In this document: positions 47,477 through 56,901 of the stretch, piece by piece
Layout of the letters: each line of letters opens with the position of its first letter
How positions within the stretch are numbered: the stretch's first letter is position 1
Source: Balneolales bacterium
GTDB taxonomy: Bacteria; Bacteroidota; Rhodothermia; Balneolales; Natronogracilivirgulaceae
NCBI GenBank assembly: GCA_007128855.1
Contig: SKWQ01000002.1
Location: 4,325 to 68,324 of the forward strand
DNA length: 64,000 nucleotides
Reading direction: 5' to 3'
Made by a program: the position numbers and the translations under genes
The notes under the pieces: generated by a model
The model's database searches: none
What the model saw: the letters and a program-made list of their open reading frames with translations, nothing else
What the model was told of the DNA's origin: nothing

Positions 47477-48595
47477 GTGGTGAAAACGGACCTGATGCTC
47501 GAACCTGCGACGCTTGAGGAGTGGTGGAAGTCGTACCGCCTTGCCAGGACGGCTTCCTATTCCCAGTCTCCGGCCTGGTCGGAGCTTTGGTGCGGGTATG
47601 CCGGGAACCGCTTCACACCATCACCGTTGAAGGCCGTGTTCCCTTCTGGAAAGGCGGTACTTGTCCCGCTGACCGTTCAGAAACTGCGCGCGGGACTTGG
47701 TACGGTCTGGCACGGATCCCCGGCGGGAACATATGGCGGATGGCTGTGCGGGGAGGACAAGGATCTCTCCCCGGATGAGATCACTCTCCTGATCCGCGCC
47801 CTTTTCAGGTATTGCGGCTCGCTGACCTTGCGGTCCTTTCCCGAACTGCCAGGGTCAGGTTCTGTCCCTGGTGGATCGAAAAACGTGCCGGACGCCTCAT
47901 CGGAACCCGGTCCGCCATCCACCAGACCAATTCTTCAAACTGCGATTGATGACCTGAACGGCGTTACGATGACGGACGATCGCACCTGGCTGCTGGATTG
48001 CGCCGGTGGATATGGTGACATCGAGGAGAAATGGGGGCGTGAGAGGCCTGCGCTGGTGAGGAATATATCAAAAGCCAAACGAAACGGCGTCACGATCCGG
48101 CTGGCGGAGACCCGCAGGGACGTGTCGGACTATCATCGGCTGTATCTGCGCTCGGTGGAACGTTGGGACCCTCCTCCTGTGCACACATATCCGGAGTCTT
48201 TTTTTGCGGAATTGGCGCTCAGTGGCGGGGCGGACCGGGAACACGCCCGTGAATTGTGGTTTGCAGAACACGAGGGCAAAGTCATTGCCGGTGCGCTCAT
48301 CCTCAAGGGGCGCAATCACAGCGCCTACTGGCACGGGGCCATGGATCCGGAATCCGCAAAACTGCGGCCGGTGAACCTGCTGATTGCATCCATCGTGGCA
48401 TCGATGTGCGACGAAGGCATCCGCTGGTTCGATTTCAACCCCAGCATGGGTCTCTCCGGAGTGGAGAAGTTCAAGAGCAGCTTCGGTGCGGTGCCGGCGG
48501 CATGTCCGTTGCTGCAGCGAACCAGCGGCACGGTCAGGGCGGCAACCACTGCCGGCCGTTTGGCAAACCGCATCCAAAAGCAGTTTCGCCGATGA
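47477..48595 (+). CDS. FemAB/CelD-like GNAT-fold acyltransferase
   Basis: 372 aa with a GTG start in the ORF track. The C-terminal 'NHSAYWHGAMDPESAKLRPVNLLIASIVASMCDEGIRWFDFNPSMGLSGVEKFKSSFGA' matches the Acetyltransf_6/FemAB-like pattern. Confidence 0.6.
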   Translation: MVKTDLMLEPATLEEWWKSYRLARTASYSQSPAWSELWCGYAGNRFTPSPLKAVFPSGKAVLVPLTVQKLRAGLGTVWHGSPAGTYGGWLCGEDKDLSPDEITLLIRALFRYCGSLTLRSFPELPGSGSVPGGSKNVPDASSEPGPPSTRPILQTAIDDLNGVTMTDDRTWLLDCAGGYGDIEEKWGRERPALVRNISKAKRNGVTIRLAETRRDVSDYHRLYLRSVERWDPPPVHTYPESFFAELALSGGADREHARELWFAEHEGKVIAGALILKGRNHSAYWHGAMDPESAKLRPVNLLIASIVASMCDEGIRWFDFNPSMGLSGVEKFKSSFGAVPAACPLLQRTSGTVRAATTAGRLANRIQKQFRR

Positions 48596-50055
48596 GCCTG
48601 CAGCAGAAAGCATATCGGGGTGCCGGATGGAGCGGGCTGGGCGGGATCGTCTCCAACGGGCTGGAACTGCTCAAGTACATCGTGCTTGCCCGTATCCTGT
48701 CGCCGGGCGACTTCGGCCTGCTGGCCATGGCCATGGTGGTGATCGGTATTGGAAGGATTTTTGCCGATGGGGGCACCAGCAACGCGGTCATCCACTTCCG
48801 CAATCACACAAACCGCCAGCTCACCACCCTGTACTGGATAAACATTGGTGCCGGTCTGGCCCTGTTTTTGCTTGTCTATCTCACGGCACCCCTGTTTGCC
48901 GCATTCTACGGGGAACCCGAGGTAAGCCGCCTGCTGCGGCTGGGCGGTGTGATACTGCCGCTGTTCGCATGCGGAGCACTTTATGATGTATTGTTACGCA
49001 AGACATTGTCCTTCAAATACATAACTATTGCTGAAAGTACAAGCGCACTGGTCGGTTTCCTCACGGCAACGGTGCTGGCGCTCTCCGGATTTGGCGTGTA
49101 TTCGCTTATCTGGTCCCATATTGCCACCGCAGGCACACTGAGTCTGCTCTATATCGTGAACGGTGCCCGGACATGGATGCCCTCGCTGAGCTTCCACCCT
49201 TCCGAAGTCCGGCCACACATCAAGTTCGGTCTGTTTCAGATGGGCGACCGGGGACTCAGTGTCTATGCCACGCGTATCGACCAGCTCATCATCGGACGGT
49301 TTTTTGGAGCGGAGATCCTCGGAGCATATCATCTTGCATATCATCTTGTGCTGTTTCCGATCTCACGTCTGAGTCCGCTGCTCAACCGGGTTGCCTTTCC
49401 CGTATTTTCAAGCCGTCAGGACGACAACGCGATCCTGCGCAACGGCTACCTGAAACTGATGCAGGCCATGTTGTCCGTCACTGCCCCCTTCTTTTTGCTG
49501 GCAGCGCTCACCGCCCCGTGGCTGGTGCCCTTGCTGTTCGGTGACGGGTGGCAGATGGCGGCCGGTCTCATTCCGCTCATGGCGGCTGTAGGATTGCTGC
49601 GCATGGCGGGTAATCCCAGCGGCAACATCGTCCTGGCCAAGGGACGGGCGCGCCTGTTGTTCTTCTGGAACCTCGGAACGGCTATCATCAGCACACTCGT
49701 TTTTCTCGCAGGCGCGCAGTACGATGTCCATACGCTCCTGTGGATGTATTTGGCTGCCAATGTGATATACTTCCTGGTCGGACAAACCCTGATGGTCAAC
49801 AGCCTGATCGGTCTGCACTGGACAAGGTTTTTGGGGGGAGTTGCCGGCATGGCGGGAATTCTTGCCGTCTCATGGGCCATATCCCTGGCCGGCCGCGCGC
49901 TTGTTTTGTCCGGCCATTCGGAAATCAGTGACTTTCTGATGGTTGCGGTCATTGCCTCACTGTTTGTGATAGTGTACCTTCCCTTATTGTGGTGGACGCA
50001 TTCCGGATTTATCCGTGAGTTCCTGGATGCGTTACGTGCCGGTACGGACCAGTGA
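48592..50055 (+). CDS. Wzx-type oligosaccharide flippase (MOP superfamily polysaccharide biosynthesis protein)
   Basis: The Met at 48592 overlaps the upstream stop (ATGA). About 487 aa and 12+ TM. 'LELLKYIVLARILSPGDFGLLAMAMVV' is a typical Wzx N-terminus. Confidence 0.75.
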   Translation: MSLQQKAYRGAGWSGLGGIVSNGLELLKYIVLARILSPGDFGLLAMAMVVIGIGRIFADGGTSNAVIHFRNHTNRQLTTLYWINIGAGLALFLLVYLTAPLFAAFYGEPEVSRLLRLGGVILPLFACGALYDVLLRKTLSFKYITIAESTSALVGFLTATVLALSGFGVYSLIWSHIATAGTLSLLYIVNGARTWMPSLSFHPSEVRPHIKFGLFQMGDRGLSVYATRIDQLIIGRFFGAEILGAYHLAYHLVLFPISRLSPLLNRVAFPVFSSRQDDNAILRNGYLKLMQAMLSVTAPFFLLAALTAPWLVPLLFGDGWQMAAGLIPLMAAVGLLRMAGNPSGNIVLAKGRARLLFFWNLGTAIISTLVFLAGAQYDVHTLLWMYLAANVIYFLVGQTLMVNSLIGLHWTRFLGGVAGMAGILAVSWAISLAGRALVLSGHSEISDFLMVAVIASLFVIVYLPLLWWTHSGFIREFLDALRAGTDQ

Positions 50056-50158
50056 GCAGGTCCGTCATGAACGTGACCGCTTTTTTTCCTGGCCAGGACC
50101 CGCATCCACCCATGACATTACCTCACATTCATTTACCATCCAGCGATCCTGCACCCTG

Positions 50159-51319
50159 ATGTCCCTGACCGTTGCCCACAGCTTCCCGGTATGGCTGCCG
50201 CAAACCCAGACCTGGCTCTACAACCAGGTGAGGTTTCTCCCATCGGAGGTGCGGTCGCACATCCTGTGCAAGGAGCTGCAGCATCCGGAGCAGTTTCAGC
50301 TTCCCGACATCCACTCCCTGTGCGGCCCGTCGAGCCGCCTTACGCGGCTGAGCACGCGGCTGTTCCGGCACATGGATTATCACCTTTTCGTCCGGCACAA
50401 GTGCCATCGTCTTGTACCTGAGGTACTGCACTCCCATTTTGGTCCTGTTGGATGGAAAAACGACCGTGTCATGCGACTGTTCCCATCCACCCGGCTGGGC
50501 GGGATGAAGCATGTGGTGACGTTTTACGGGCAGGATGTGGACCATTTGCCAAAAGTCGATCCCGCATGGAGAAAGCGGTACGTTCAGATGTTTGAGCGGG
50601 TGGATATGGTGCTGTGCGAGGGGACCTTCATGGCCGCCAAAGTGCAGGCGCTGGGATGTCCGGAGGACCGAATTCGCGTGCACCATTTGGGGGTCGATCT
50701 TGACACCATTGCCTTTGAACCCCGCACCAGAAAGCACGGTGAGCCGTTTCGTGTGCTCATGGCGGCCGCTTTCCGTCCCAAGAAGGGTTTCCTGTATGGT
50801 TTGAAAGCGCTGGAGCAGGTTGCCGGTGAATTTGAAGTGGAGGTGACGCTGGTCGGCGATGCCATCGATGATCCGGCTTCGCTTCGTGAAAAACAGCTGA
50901 TCCGTGAATTCCTGGAGCGTTCACCGCTTGGCGGACGGGTGACCCTGACGGGTTTCCTTACAGCCGAGAAGCTTCATGCGAAGGCCAGGGGGCATCACAT
51001 TTACCTGGCTCCGAGTGTCACGGCTGAAGATGGCGACAGCGAAGGCGGTGCTCCGGTGTCGCTTATTGAAATGGCAGCCGGCGGGATGCCGGTGGTCAGT
51101 TCCAGGCATTGCGACATCCCCGAGGTGGTCCGGCACGGCCACAGCGGTCTGCTGGCCGAAGAACGCGATGTGGATGGCCTGGCCAGCTGCCTGAAGCAAC
51201 TGATGTCCGATCCGGAGACCTGGCAAGTCATGACCCGAAATGCCAGACAACATATTGAGGCACAATACAACGCCCTCACTCAGGGTGAAAATCTCTATAA
51301 TATTTATAAAATGATATGA
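50159..51319 (+). CDS. Glycosyltransferase family 4 (WcaL/AmsK-like)
   Basis: The Met at 50159 gives 386 aa. 'GGAPVSLIEMAAGGMPVVSSRHCDIPEVVRHGHSGLLAEERD' is the GT4 E-x7-E region. Confidence 0.8.
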   Translation: MSLTVAHSFPVWLPQTQTWLYNQVRFLPSEVRSHILCKELQHPEQFQLPDIHSLCGPSSRLTRLSTRLFRHMDYHLFVRHKCHRLVPEVLHSHFGPVGWKNDRVMRLFPSTRLGGMKHVVTFYGQDVDHLPKVDPAWRKRYVQMFERVDMVLCEGTFMAAKVQALGCPEDRIRVHHLGVDLDTIAFEPRTRKHGEPFRVLMAAAFRPKKGFLYGLKALEQVAGEFEVEVTLVGDAIDDPASLREKQLIREFLERSPLGGRVTLTGFLTAEKLHAKARGHHIYLAPSVTAEDGDSEGGAPVSLIEMAAGGMPVVSSRHCDIPEVVRHGHSGLLAEERDVDGLASCLKQLMSDPETWQVMTRNARQHIEAQYNALTQGENLYNIYKMI

Positions 51320-51328
51320 GGTTATTCA

Positions 51329-52570
51329 TTGCCTGATAATGTAATAGGATATCAATACAAACCGCGGATCCTCTTCGTTTCGCATAGCGGTGACCTGTAT
51401 GGCGCCGAGCGGTCGCTTCTTACGCTTGTGCGCGGATTACATCGGCTTGGCACGTATGACATCATGGTTTACCTGCCGGCTGACGGCCCCCTTGCGCGCA
51501 TGCTTGACGATGATGATATTGCCTTTCGCGTCATACCTTACACGCGCTGGATCGGGCTGCGATATCACTCATTGGCAAGATATTACCGCAGGAACAGGAA
51601 CCGGTTATGGCTCGGAGGGCTGGTCAGGGAAGCGGAACGCTGGATGCCGGACCTGATCTACACCAACACGATTGCCACGCCCGTCGGGGCCATGATGGCG
51701 GAAAGATTGTCGCCCCGGCCACTTCACATCTGGCATGCCAGGGAGTTGCCCGGTGAGCGGTCATCGGGGTTCGGCATGTTCGATTACGGTCGCGAAACCG
51801 CCATGGCCATGATGGCACGCAGCAGCGACTGCTTTATCTGCAACTCCCGTTTCCTGCATGATCGCCTGGTGCCCGGGCTCCAGCGTGCAGCGGGCACAAC
51901 AACCGGAATCCGGACGGAAATCGTTTACAATGGCCTGGAAGTTTCACATCCGGAGGCACCTTCTGCCGACAGACCGGAAAGATCCGGAGTCGAGCCTGTC
52001 CGCCTGATCATGGCCGGTGGTGTGAGCCCGGTAAAAAACTATGGCGAGGCCGTTGAGGGGATCGGGATTCTGGACCGGTCCGGGGTGCCGGTGCGACTGG
52101 ATATATACGGGTCGGGCGCGGACACCGATCTTCGGAAGCTGAGCAGAGAGATTGAAGATGCCGGGCTCGAAAAGAAGATTCAGCTGATGGGATACAGGGA
52201 CAGCCTTGAGGCCGCGTTTGGTCAGGCGGACATGCTCCTGATCACCTCCAAAATGGAAACCTTTGGCAGGGTTGCCGTCGAGGCGATGCTGGCGGGGTGT
52301 CCCGTTGTCAGTTCCAATGCCGGCGCTCTGCCTGAAATCGTGCGGGACGGGGAAACGGGCCTGATCTACCGGTCGGGCGATCCGGAGCATCTGGCCCGAC
52401 AGGTTCAAAGGCTGAGGGATGATGTGTCGCTAAGGAATACGATCATTACCAAAGCCCGGGAATATGCCATGACCCGTTATTCTGCGGAACGGATGGTGAC
52501 GGACATCGACCGGATCCTTCAGGAAATGCTTGCCGATGAAAAAGACATGGAGCCAGGCGATGACAGCTGA
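51329..52570 (+). CDS. Glycosyltransferase family 4
   Basis: 413 aa with a TTG start in the ORF track. 'ILFVSHSGDLYGAERSLL' and 'ETFGRVAVEAMLAGCPVVSSNAGALPEIVRDGETGLIY'. Confidence 0.8.
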   Translation: MPDNVIGYQYKPRILFVSHSGDLYGAERSLLTLVRGLHRLGTYDIMVYLPADGPLARMLDDDDIAFRVIPYTRWIGLRYHSLARYYRRNRNRLWLGGLVREAERWMPDLIYTNTIATPVGAMMAERLSPRPLHIWHARELPGERSSGFGMFDYGRETAMAMMARSSDCFICNSRFLHDRLVPGLQRAAGTTTGIRTEIVYNGLEVSHPEAPSADRPERSGVEPVRLIMAGGVSPVKNYGEAVEGIGILDRSGVPVRLDIYGSGADTDLRKLSREIEDAGLEKKIQLMGYRDSLEAAFGQADMLLITSKMETFGRVAVEAMLAGCPVVSSNAGALPEIVRDGETGLIYRSGDPEHLARQVQRLRDDVSLRNTIITKAREYAMTRYSAERMVTDIDRILQEMLADEKDMEPGDDS

Positions 52571-53660
52571 AACCAGGCCGGTCCGGATTGCGATACTTTT
52601 GTCGACCTGTAACGGGGTCCGTTACGTTGGGGAACTGCTCGAGAGCATCAGGAATCAGAGCTGGCCCCACTGGGATCTGTGGATCCGCGATGACGGGTCG
52701 AACGATGGCACTCTGGAGATATTGGAGGATTTTGCCAGCCGCATGGCGGAAAGTGGCAAGGGCGGGACCGGCAACCGGGTCCATCTGCTCCCTGACGAGA
52801 ACATAGGCATTGTGCAGAGTTTTTTCCGTTTGCTGGATGCCGCTGGCAGTGACTATGCCGGGTACGCATTTTGCGACCAGGACGATGTGTGGCTGCCTGA
52901 AAAACTGGAGCGGGCCGCTCTGTCCCTCAAACGGGACGTGGGCGTACCCTTTCTGTATCACGGCCGGCAGTGGCTGACTGACCAGGAAGGCGGGAAAAGA
53001 GTCCTGAGCCCGGTTCCGGTCCGGGTGGGATTTGCAAATGCATTGATCCAGAACCAGGTCGTCGGCTGCACCATGGTCATCAATGCACGGCTGCGTCAGT
53101 GTGTGATGCATTCATTGCGTGACAGTGACGGGACAACCTCTTTCCCGGGAATCATCATGCATGACTGGTGGTGTTATCTCCTTGCCAGCGGGACCGGGCG
53201 CATCCACTATGATCCGGAACCGCAGATCCTTTTCCGCAGGCATCAGGAGAGTTCGACCCCTGCAGCAACGGGCTCGTTACGGGCACTTCGCGGACGGCTG
53301 TCCGGCCTGGGGAAACGCAACTGGTCGCTTTCCCATATCATGATTCAGGCAGAATGCCTCTCCAGGCATTATTCCGATTTTGGTAATCGCTCCGCTTCGA
53401 AAACGGATGCATCGGAGGCATCCGGCAGAGGCGGGTCCAAACCGGATTTCAAAGCAGCCGACAGCGAAGAGAAGCCGCTCCTGCATGATGCGGCCTGCTC
53501 GTTGCCGGAGAGAAATCACCGGCTGCTGGATTCCCTGCTTGTGCTTCGCAGGGCCGGATTGATCAAACGGGCCGTCTATCTGTTTGCTGGCAGGCACAAA
53601 AGAGCCGGGTTGGCCGATACCGTTGTATTTCGGCTGCTGGTACTCCTGCGACGTTTCTGA
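52560..53660 (+). CDS. Glycosyltransferase family 2
   Basis: 'VRIAILLSTCNGVRYVGELLESIRNQSWPHWDLWIRDDGSNDGT' and 'FCDQDDVW'. The Met at 52560 overlaps the upstream gene by 11 nt. An alternative start lies at 52530. Confidence 0.8.
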   Translation: MTAETRPVRIAILLSTCNGVRYVGELLESIRNQSWPHWDLWIRDDGSNDGTLEILEDFASRMAESGKGGTGNRVHLLPDENIGIVQSFFRLLDAAGSDYAGYAFCDQDDVWLPEKLERAALSLKRDVGVPFLYHGRQWLTDQEGGKRVLSPVPVRVGFANALIQNQVVGCTMVINARLRQCVMHSLRDSDGTTSFPGIIMHDWWCYLLASGTGRIHYDPEPQILFRRHQESSTPAATGSLRALRGRLSGLGKRNWSLSHIMIQAECLSRHYSDFGNRSASKTDASEASGRGGSKPDFKAADSEEKPLLHDAACSLPERNHRLLDSLLVLRRAGLIKRAVYLFAGRHKRAGLADTVVFRLLVLLRRF

Positions 53661-53793
53661 TCGCTCTGGCCGGCATTTATGATGCTGACCAGCATTTCAG
53701 ATTACTGTCCGTACCATTCTTACAGGACGCCCAGCAAGTCCACCAGAAAAATACAGTAGACAACTGACTCGCCATGCTGCACTGTTTCCGGGT

Positions 53794-54132
53794 TCAGGAT
53801 CCGATTGTGCAGCCGAGGGCGCTGATCGCTGTTTGTTCGGAGCAAATACCATCACGGTAAGCCCGGACCCAGTAGGATACACTTTTCCTGCGATTCCTTA
53901 CACCGGCATCGCATGTGGAATAGAGTCCCAGAAGCTCGTCGCGATACGCTTCCATGTCCGATCGGATCACGTTTCTGAGCGCATCCGGCAGGTCGTGCCA
54001 GCCAAACAGGGAGAAAACATCCGTTTCCCGGACCCTTTGGTCGGAAATGAGCGCCAATCTGCGGGAGTTGACGGTAATATCTTCGGTTTGCTGTGATTTA
54101 GCCGGGTATGTAAGGGGGAGTGCCGTATTCAT
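53794..54132 (-). CDS. Hypothetical protein (112 aa), possibly a gene remnant
   Basis: Isolated ORF with untranslated flanks of 133 and 213 nt. No signal peptide and no motif. Coding status is uncertain. Confidence 0.3.
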   Translation of the reverse strand: MNTALPLTYPAKSQQTEDITVNSRRLALISDQRVRETDVFSLFGWHDLPDALRNVIRSDMEAYRDELLGLYSTCDAGVRNRRKSVSYWVRAYRDGICSEQTAISALGCTIGS

Positions 54133-54345
54133 TGTTTTTTCTCCATTATGTGGTTCCTTGGTCGTTCAAAAGCAAGTTACCGGCATGGTGTGACAGCATA
54201 GTGTCACCCCAATCGAATTTTTATTTTTTTCACATTGAGGTGGCCAGCTTGCATAAAAGATCTGGCAGAAATTCCTTAATTTTGCAAGCATTCCGACAAC
54301 TGATCCCAACATCCACCCGGCAGCCTGAACCAACACTCCTTTTTC

Positions 54346-56901
54346 ATGCAGTTATTTGATTTTATGGATTTTCCGATCAGTGATCCTGTGCTGATTTTCG
54401 CACTGGTCATGATCGTTTTACTCATCGTGCCACTCATTGCCGACAAGTTGCGGGTCCCTGCCATTGTGGGCCTTATCTTAGCCGGTGCATTGGTCGGACC
54501 GGGAGCTTTGGGATTGCTGGAACGTGACGCCACCATAATCCTGCTCGGCACGGTGGGTTTGCTTTATCTGATGTTCATCGCCGGTGTGTCCATAGATCTG
54601 GAAAAGTTCAGCAAATCACGCGGACAAAGTTCGCTTTTTGGGGCGGTGTCCTTTGGGATCCCCATGGCCGGCAGTTTGTTGCTGGCGCCGCCGTTGCTGG
54701 CCTACTCCCTGGAAAGCTCCCTGCTTCTGGGCGCCATCGTGGGTTCGCACACGCTTCTGGCATATCCTATTGCCAATCGCCTCGGCATTGGCAAAAACAA
54801 GGCGGTTACGCTGAGCCTTGGGGCAACCATGGTGACCGATGCCCTGTCGCTGACCATTCTGGCCATCGTAGCGGCTACGGTCCACGGGGAGATCAACCTC
54901 TACTTTTGGATCACCTTCCTCGGATCGGTCGCCGTATACCTTGCTCTTGTGATTTTCACATTGCCCAGACTGGGCCGATGGTTTTTCCGGAACGTCCGGG
55001 ATCAGACGAACATTGAGTACATCTTCCTGCTGACGGTGTTGTTCGTTACGGCCTACGCCGCCCAGCTGGCTGGCCTGGCGGCCATTATCGGGGCATTCCT
55101 GGCCGGACTGAGCATGAACCGGCTGGTGCCTGAGAGCAGCACATTGATGAGCCGGGTCCAATTCGTGGGCAATGCGCTGTTCATACCCTTCTTTCTTATC
55201 TCCGTAGGCATGCTGGTGGACATACGGGTGCTTACCGCCCTGGATGTCTGGCTGGTCGCCCTGTTTTTCTTTTTACTGGTGATCATTGGCAAGTACCTTG
55301 CTGCCAAAGCGGCTCAGCTCTATTTCCGGCTGACGGCTGATGAGGGTTGGGTGATGCTGGGGCTCACAAGTCCTCAGGCGGCAGCCACACTTGCCGTAAC
55401 CCTGATCGGTTTTGAACTGGGATTGCTCAATGAATTGGCGGTCAATGCCGTGGTCCTGCTGATCCTGGCTTCCTGTTTTGTGGGACCATACCTGGTTGAC
55501 CTTTACGGAAGGCGCGTGTTACTGGCAGAAGAAAAGGCATCCCTGAAAGTTTCGGATTCCCCGGAACGCATCCTGGTACCCCTCTCAAATCCGGATACTT
55601 CTGAGGCGTTGATGGACATCGCCATCATGATACGTGGCAACAAAAGCACCGAGCCCATCTTCCCTCTCACGGTGGCACGGGAGTCCCGCTACGTAGAGGC
55701 GGCCGTGGCGTCTGGTGAAAAACTGCTCAGCCACGCCGTGGTTCATGCCGCGGCTGCCGATGTCCCCGTAATTCCGGTAACGCGAGTCGATTTCAACGTT
55801 GCTTCGGGCATAATAAGGGCAACGCGCGAACTTCGCATTTCCGATATCGTGATCGGTTGGAACGGGGTGGTGACTGCCCGTCAGCGGATATTCGGGACCG
55901 TGCTGGATCAGCTCATGGAGCAGTCCGACGAGACGATCCTGGTGTCAAAAATAGATCAGCCCATCAACACCACCGAGCGCGTCATCCTTGCCGTCCCCCC
56001 GATGTCACAATATGAACCCGGGTTCGGGGACAGTTTCCAGACGGTAAAAAAACTGATCAATCAGCTTGGTGCGCGCCTCATCGTCCTGGGCAGCGAGAGC
56101 AACCTGAACATCCTCAAACCTTTTATAGAAAAGCAGGAACCGGAGTTGACGGCCCAGTACAAAATTGTTAAAAACTGGAACAGGGTTGCCGATTCCATTG
56201 CCGGGCTGTACAATGACCAGGACCTTGTGATCCTGTTCAGCTCCCGTCGGGGCGGGGTTGCATGGCAACCGAGTCTTGAACGGTTGCCGGGACAGGTAAT
56301 AACACAGGTGAAACCCGAGAATTTCATCATCGTGTACCCGGCGGAAGTGGAAGAGCACAAAAAACCCACGGCCGTCCTCAGATTCGATGAATCTCCCCTC
56401 CTCCCGGACATCTCCGCCAATCAGATCTACATAGCTGCCGATGGTGAATCCAGCCATAGCAACGCCATCGATAAAATGGTATCGGGTCTGTTTGCCGACC
56501 GGGCCGATGTATCCACCGAGATTGCGCAGAAACTGAAAGTACTTGAGCCGGATAATCTCCCAAGTGACCTGCCGGGAGTCCTGCTGACGCATCTGAGCAC
56601 CCATTATGTAAACAAACCGTCGCTCCTTCTGGCAATAAGTGAGGAAGGATTCCAGGAGGAACTTGTGGATGAAGCGGTCCAGATCATTTTTATACTTCTG
56701 AGCCCCACGCACATGAGCTTTCAGCGAAAACTTTTGATCCTGAATCGCTTGGGGCGTCTTATCGGAGGCAACAACATAAAGGACCGGTTGGCCAAAGCAA
56801 AAAATATCGACGAAATCCGTAAGACGCTTTCAGCAAAACTGACCATATTGCCGGGAGGCGATGCCGATGAGGAAGCGACAGGCGGTGATTCTGGAAACTA
56901 A
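54346..56901 (+). CDS. CPA2-family cation:proton antiporter fused to two USP-like domains and a C-terminal PTS EIIA(Ntr)-like domain
   Basis: 851 aa. The N-terminal ~390 aa is a Na_H_Exchanger-type 12-13 TM core. 'ERILVPLSNPDTSEALMDIA' and 'ERVILAVPPMS' begin two USP-like modules. The C-terminus 'LPGVLLTHLSTHYVNKPSLLLAISEEGF...VQIIFILLSPTHMSFQRKLLILNRLGRLI' follows the EIIA type-2 pattern. Confidence 0.8.
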   Translation: MQLFDFMDFPISDPVLIFALVMIVLLIVPLIADKLRVPAIVGLILAGALVGPGALGLLERDATIILLGTVGLLYLMFIAGVSIDLEKFSKSRGQSSLFGAVSFGIPMAGSLLLAPPLLAYSLESSLLLGAIVGSHTLLAYPIANRLGIGKNKAVTLSLGATMVTDALSLTILAIVAATVHGEINLYFWITFLGSVAVYLALVIFTLPRLGRWFFRNVRDQTNIEYIFLLTVLFVTAYAAQLAGLAAIIGAFLAGLSMNRLVPESSTLMSRVQFVGNALFIPFFLISVGMLVDIRVLTALDVWLVALFFFLLVIIGKYLAAKAAQLYFRLTADEGWVMLGLTSPQAAATLAVTLIGFELGLLNELAVNAVVLLILASCFVGPYLVDLYGRRVLLAEEKASLKVSDSPERILVPLSNPDTSEALMDIAIMIRGNKSTEPIFPLTVARESRYVEAAVASGEKLLSHAVVHAAAADVPVIPVTRVDFNVASGIIRATRELRISDIVIGWNGVVTARQRIFGTVLDQLMEQSDETILVSKIDQPINTTERVILAVPPMSQYEPGFGDSFQTVKKLINQLGARLIVLGSESNLNILKPFIEKQEPELTAQYKIVKNWNRVADSIAGLYNDQDLVILFSSRRGGVAWQPSLERLPGQVITQVKPENFIIVYPAEVEEHKKPTAVLRFDESPLLPDISANQIYIAADGESSHSNAIDKMVSGLFADRADVSTEIAQKLKVLEPDNLPSDLPGVLLTHLSTHYVNKPSLLLAISEEGFQEELVDEAVQIIFILLSPTHMSFQRKLLILNRLGRLIGGNNIKDRLAKAKNIDEIRKTLSAKLTILPGGDADEEATGGDSGN

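Noticed and set aside
48256-48591. A 112-codon upstream extension of the Wzx ORF.
   Set aside because: The extension lies entirely inside the FemAB-like gene in another frame and is Arg/Gly/His-rich. The Met at 48592 gives ATGA stop/start coupling and a typical Wzx N-terminus.
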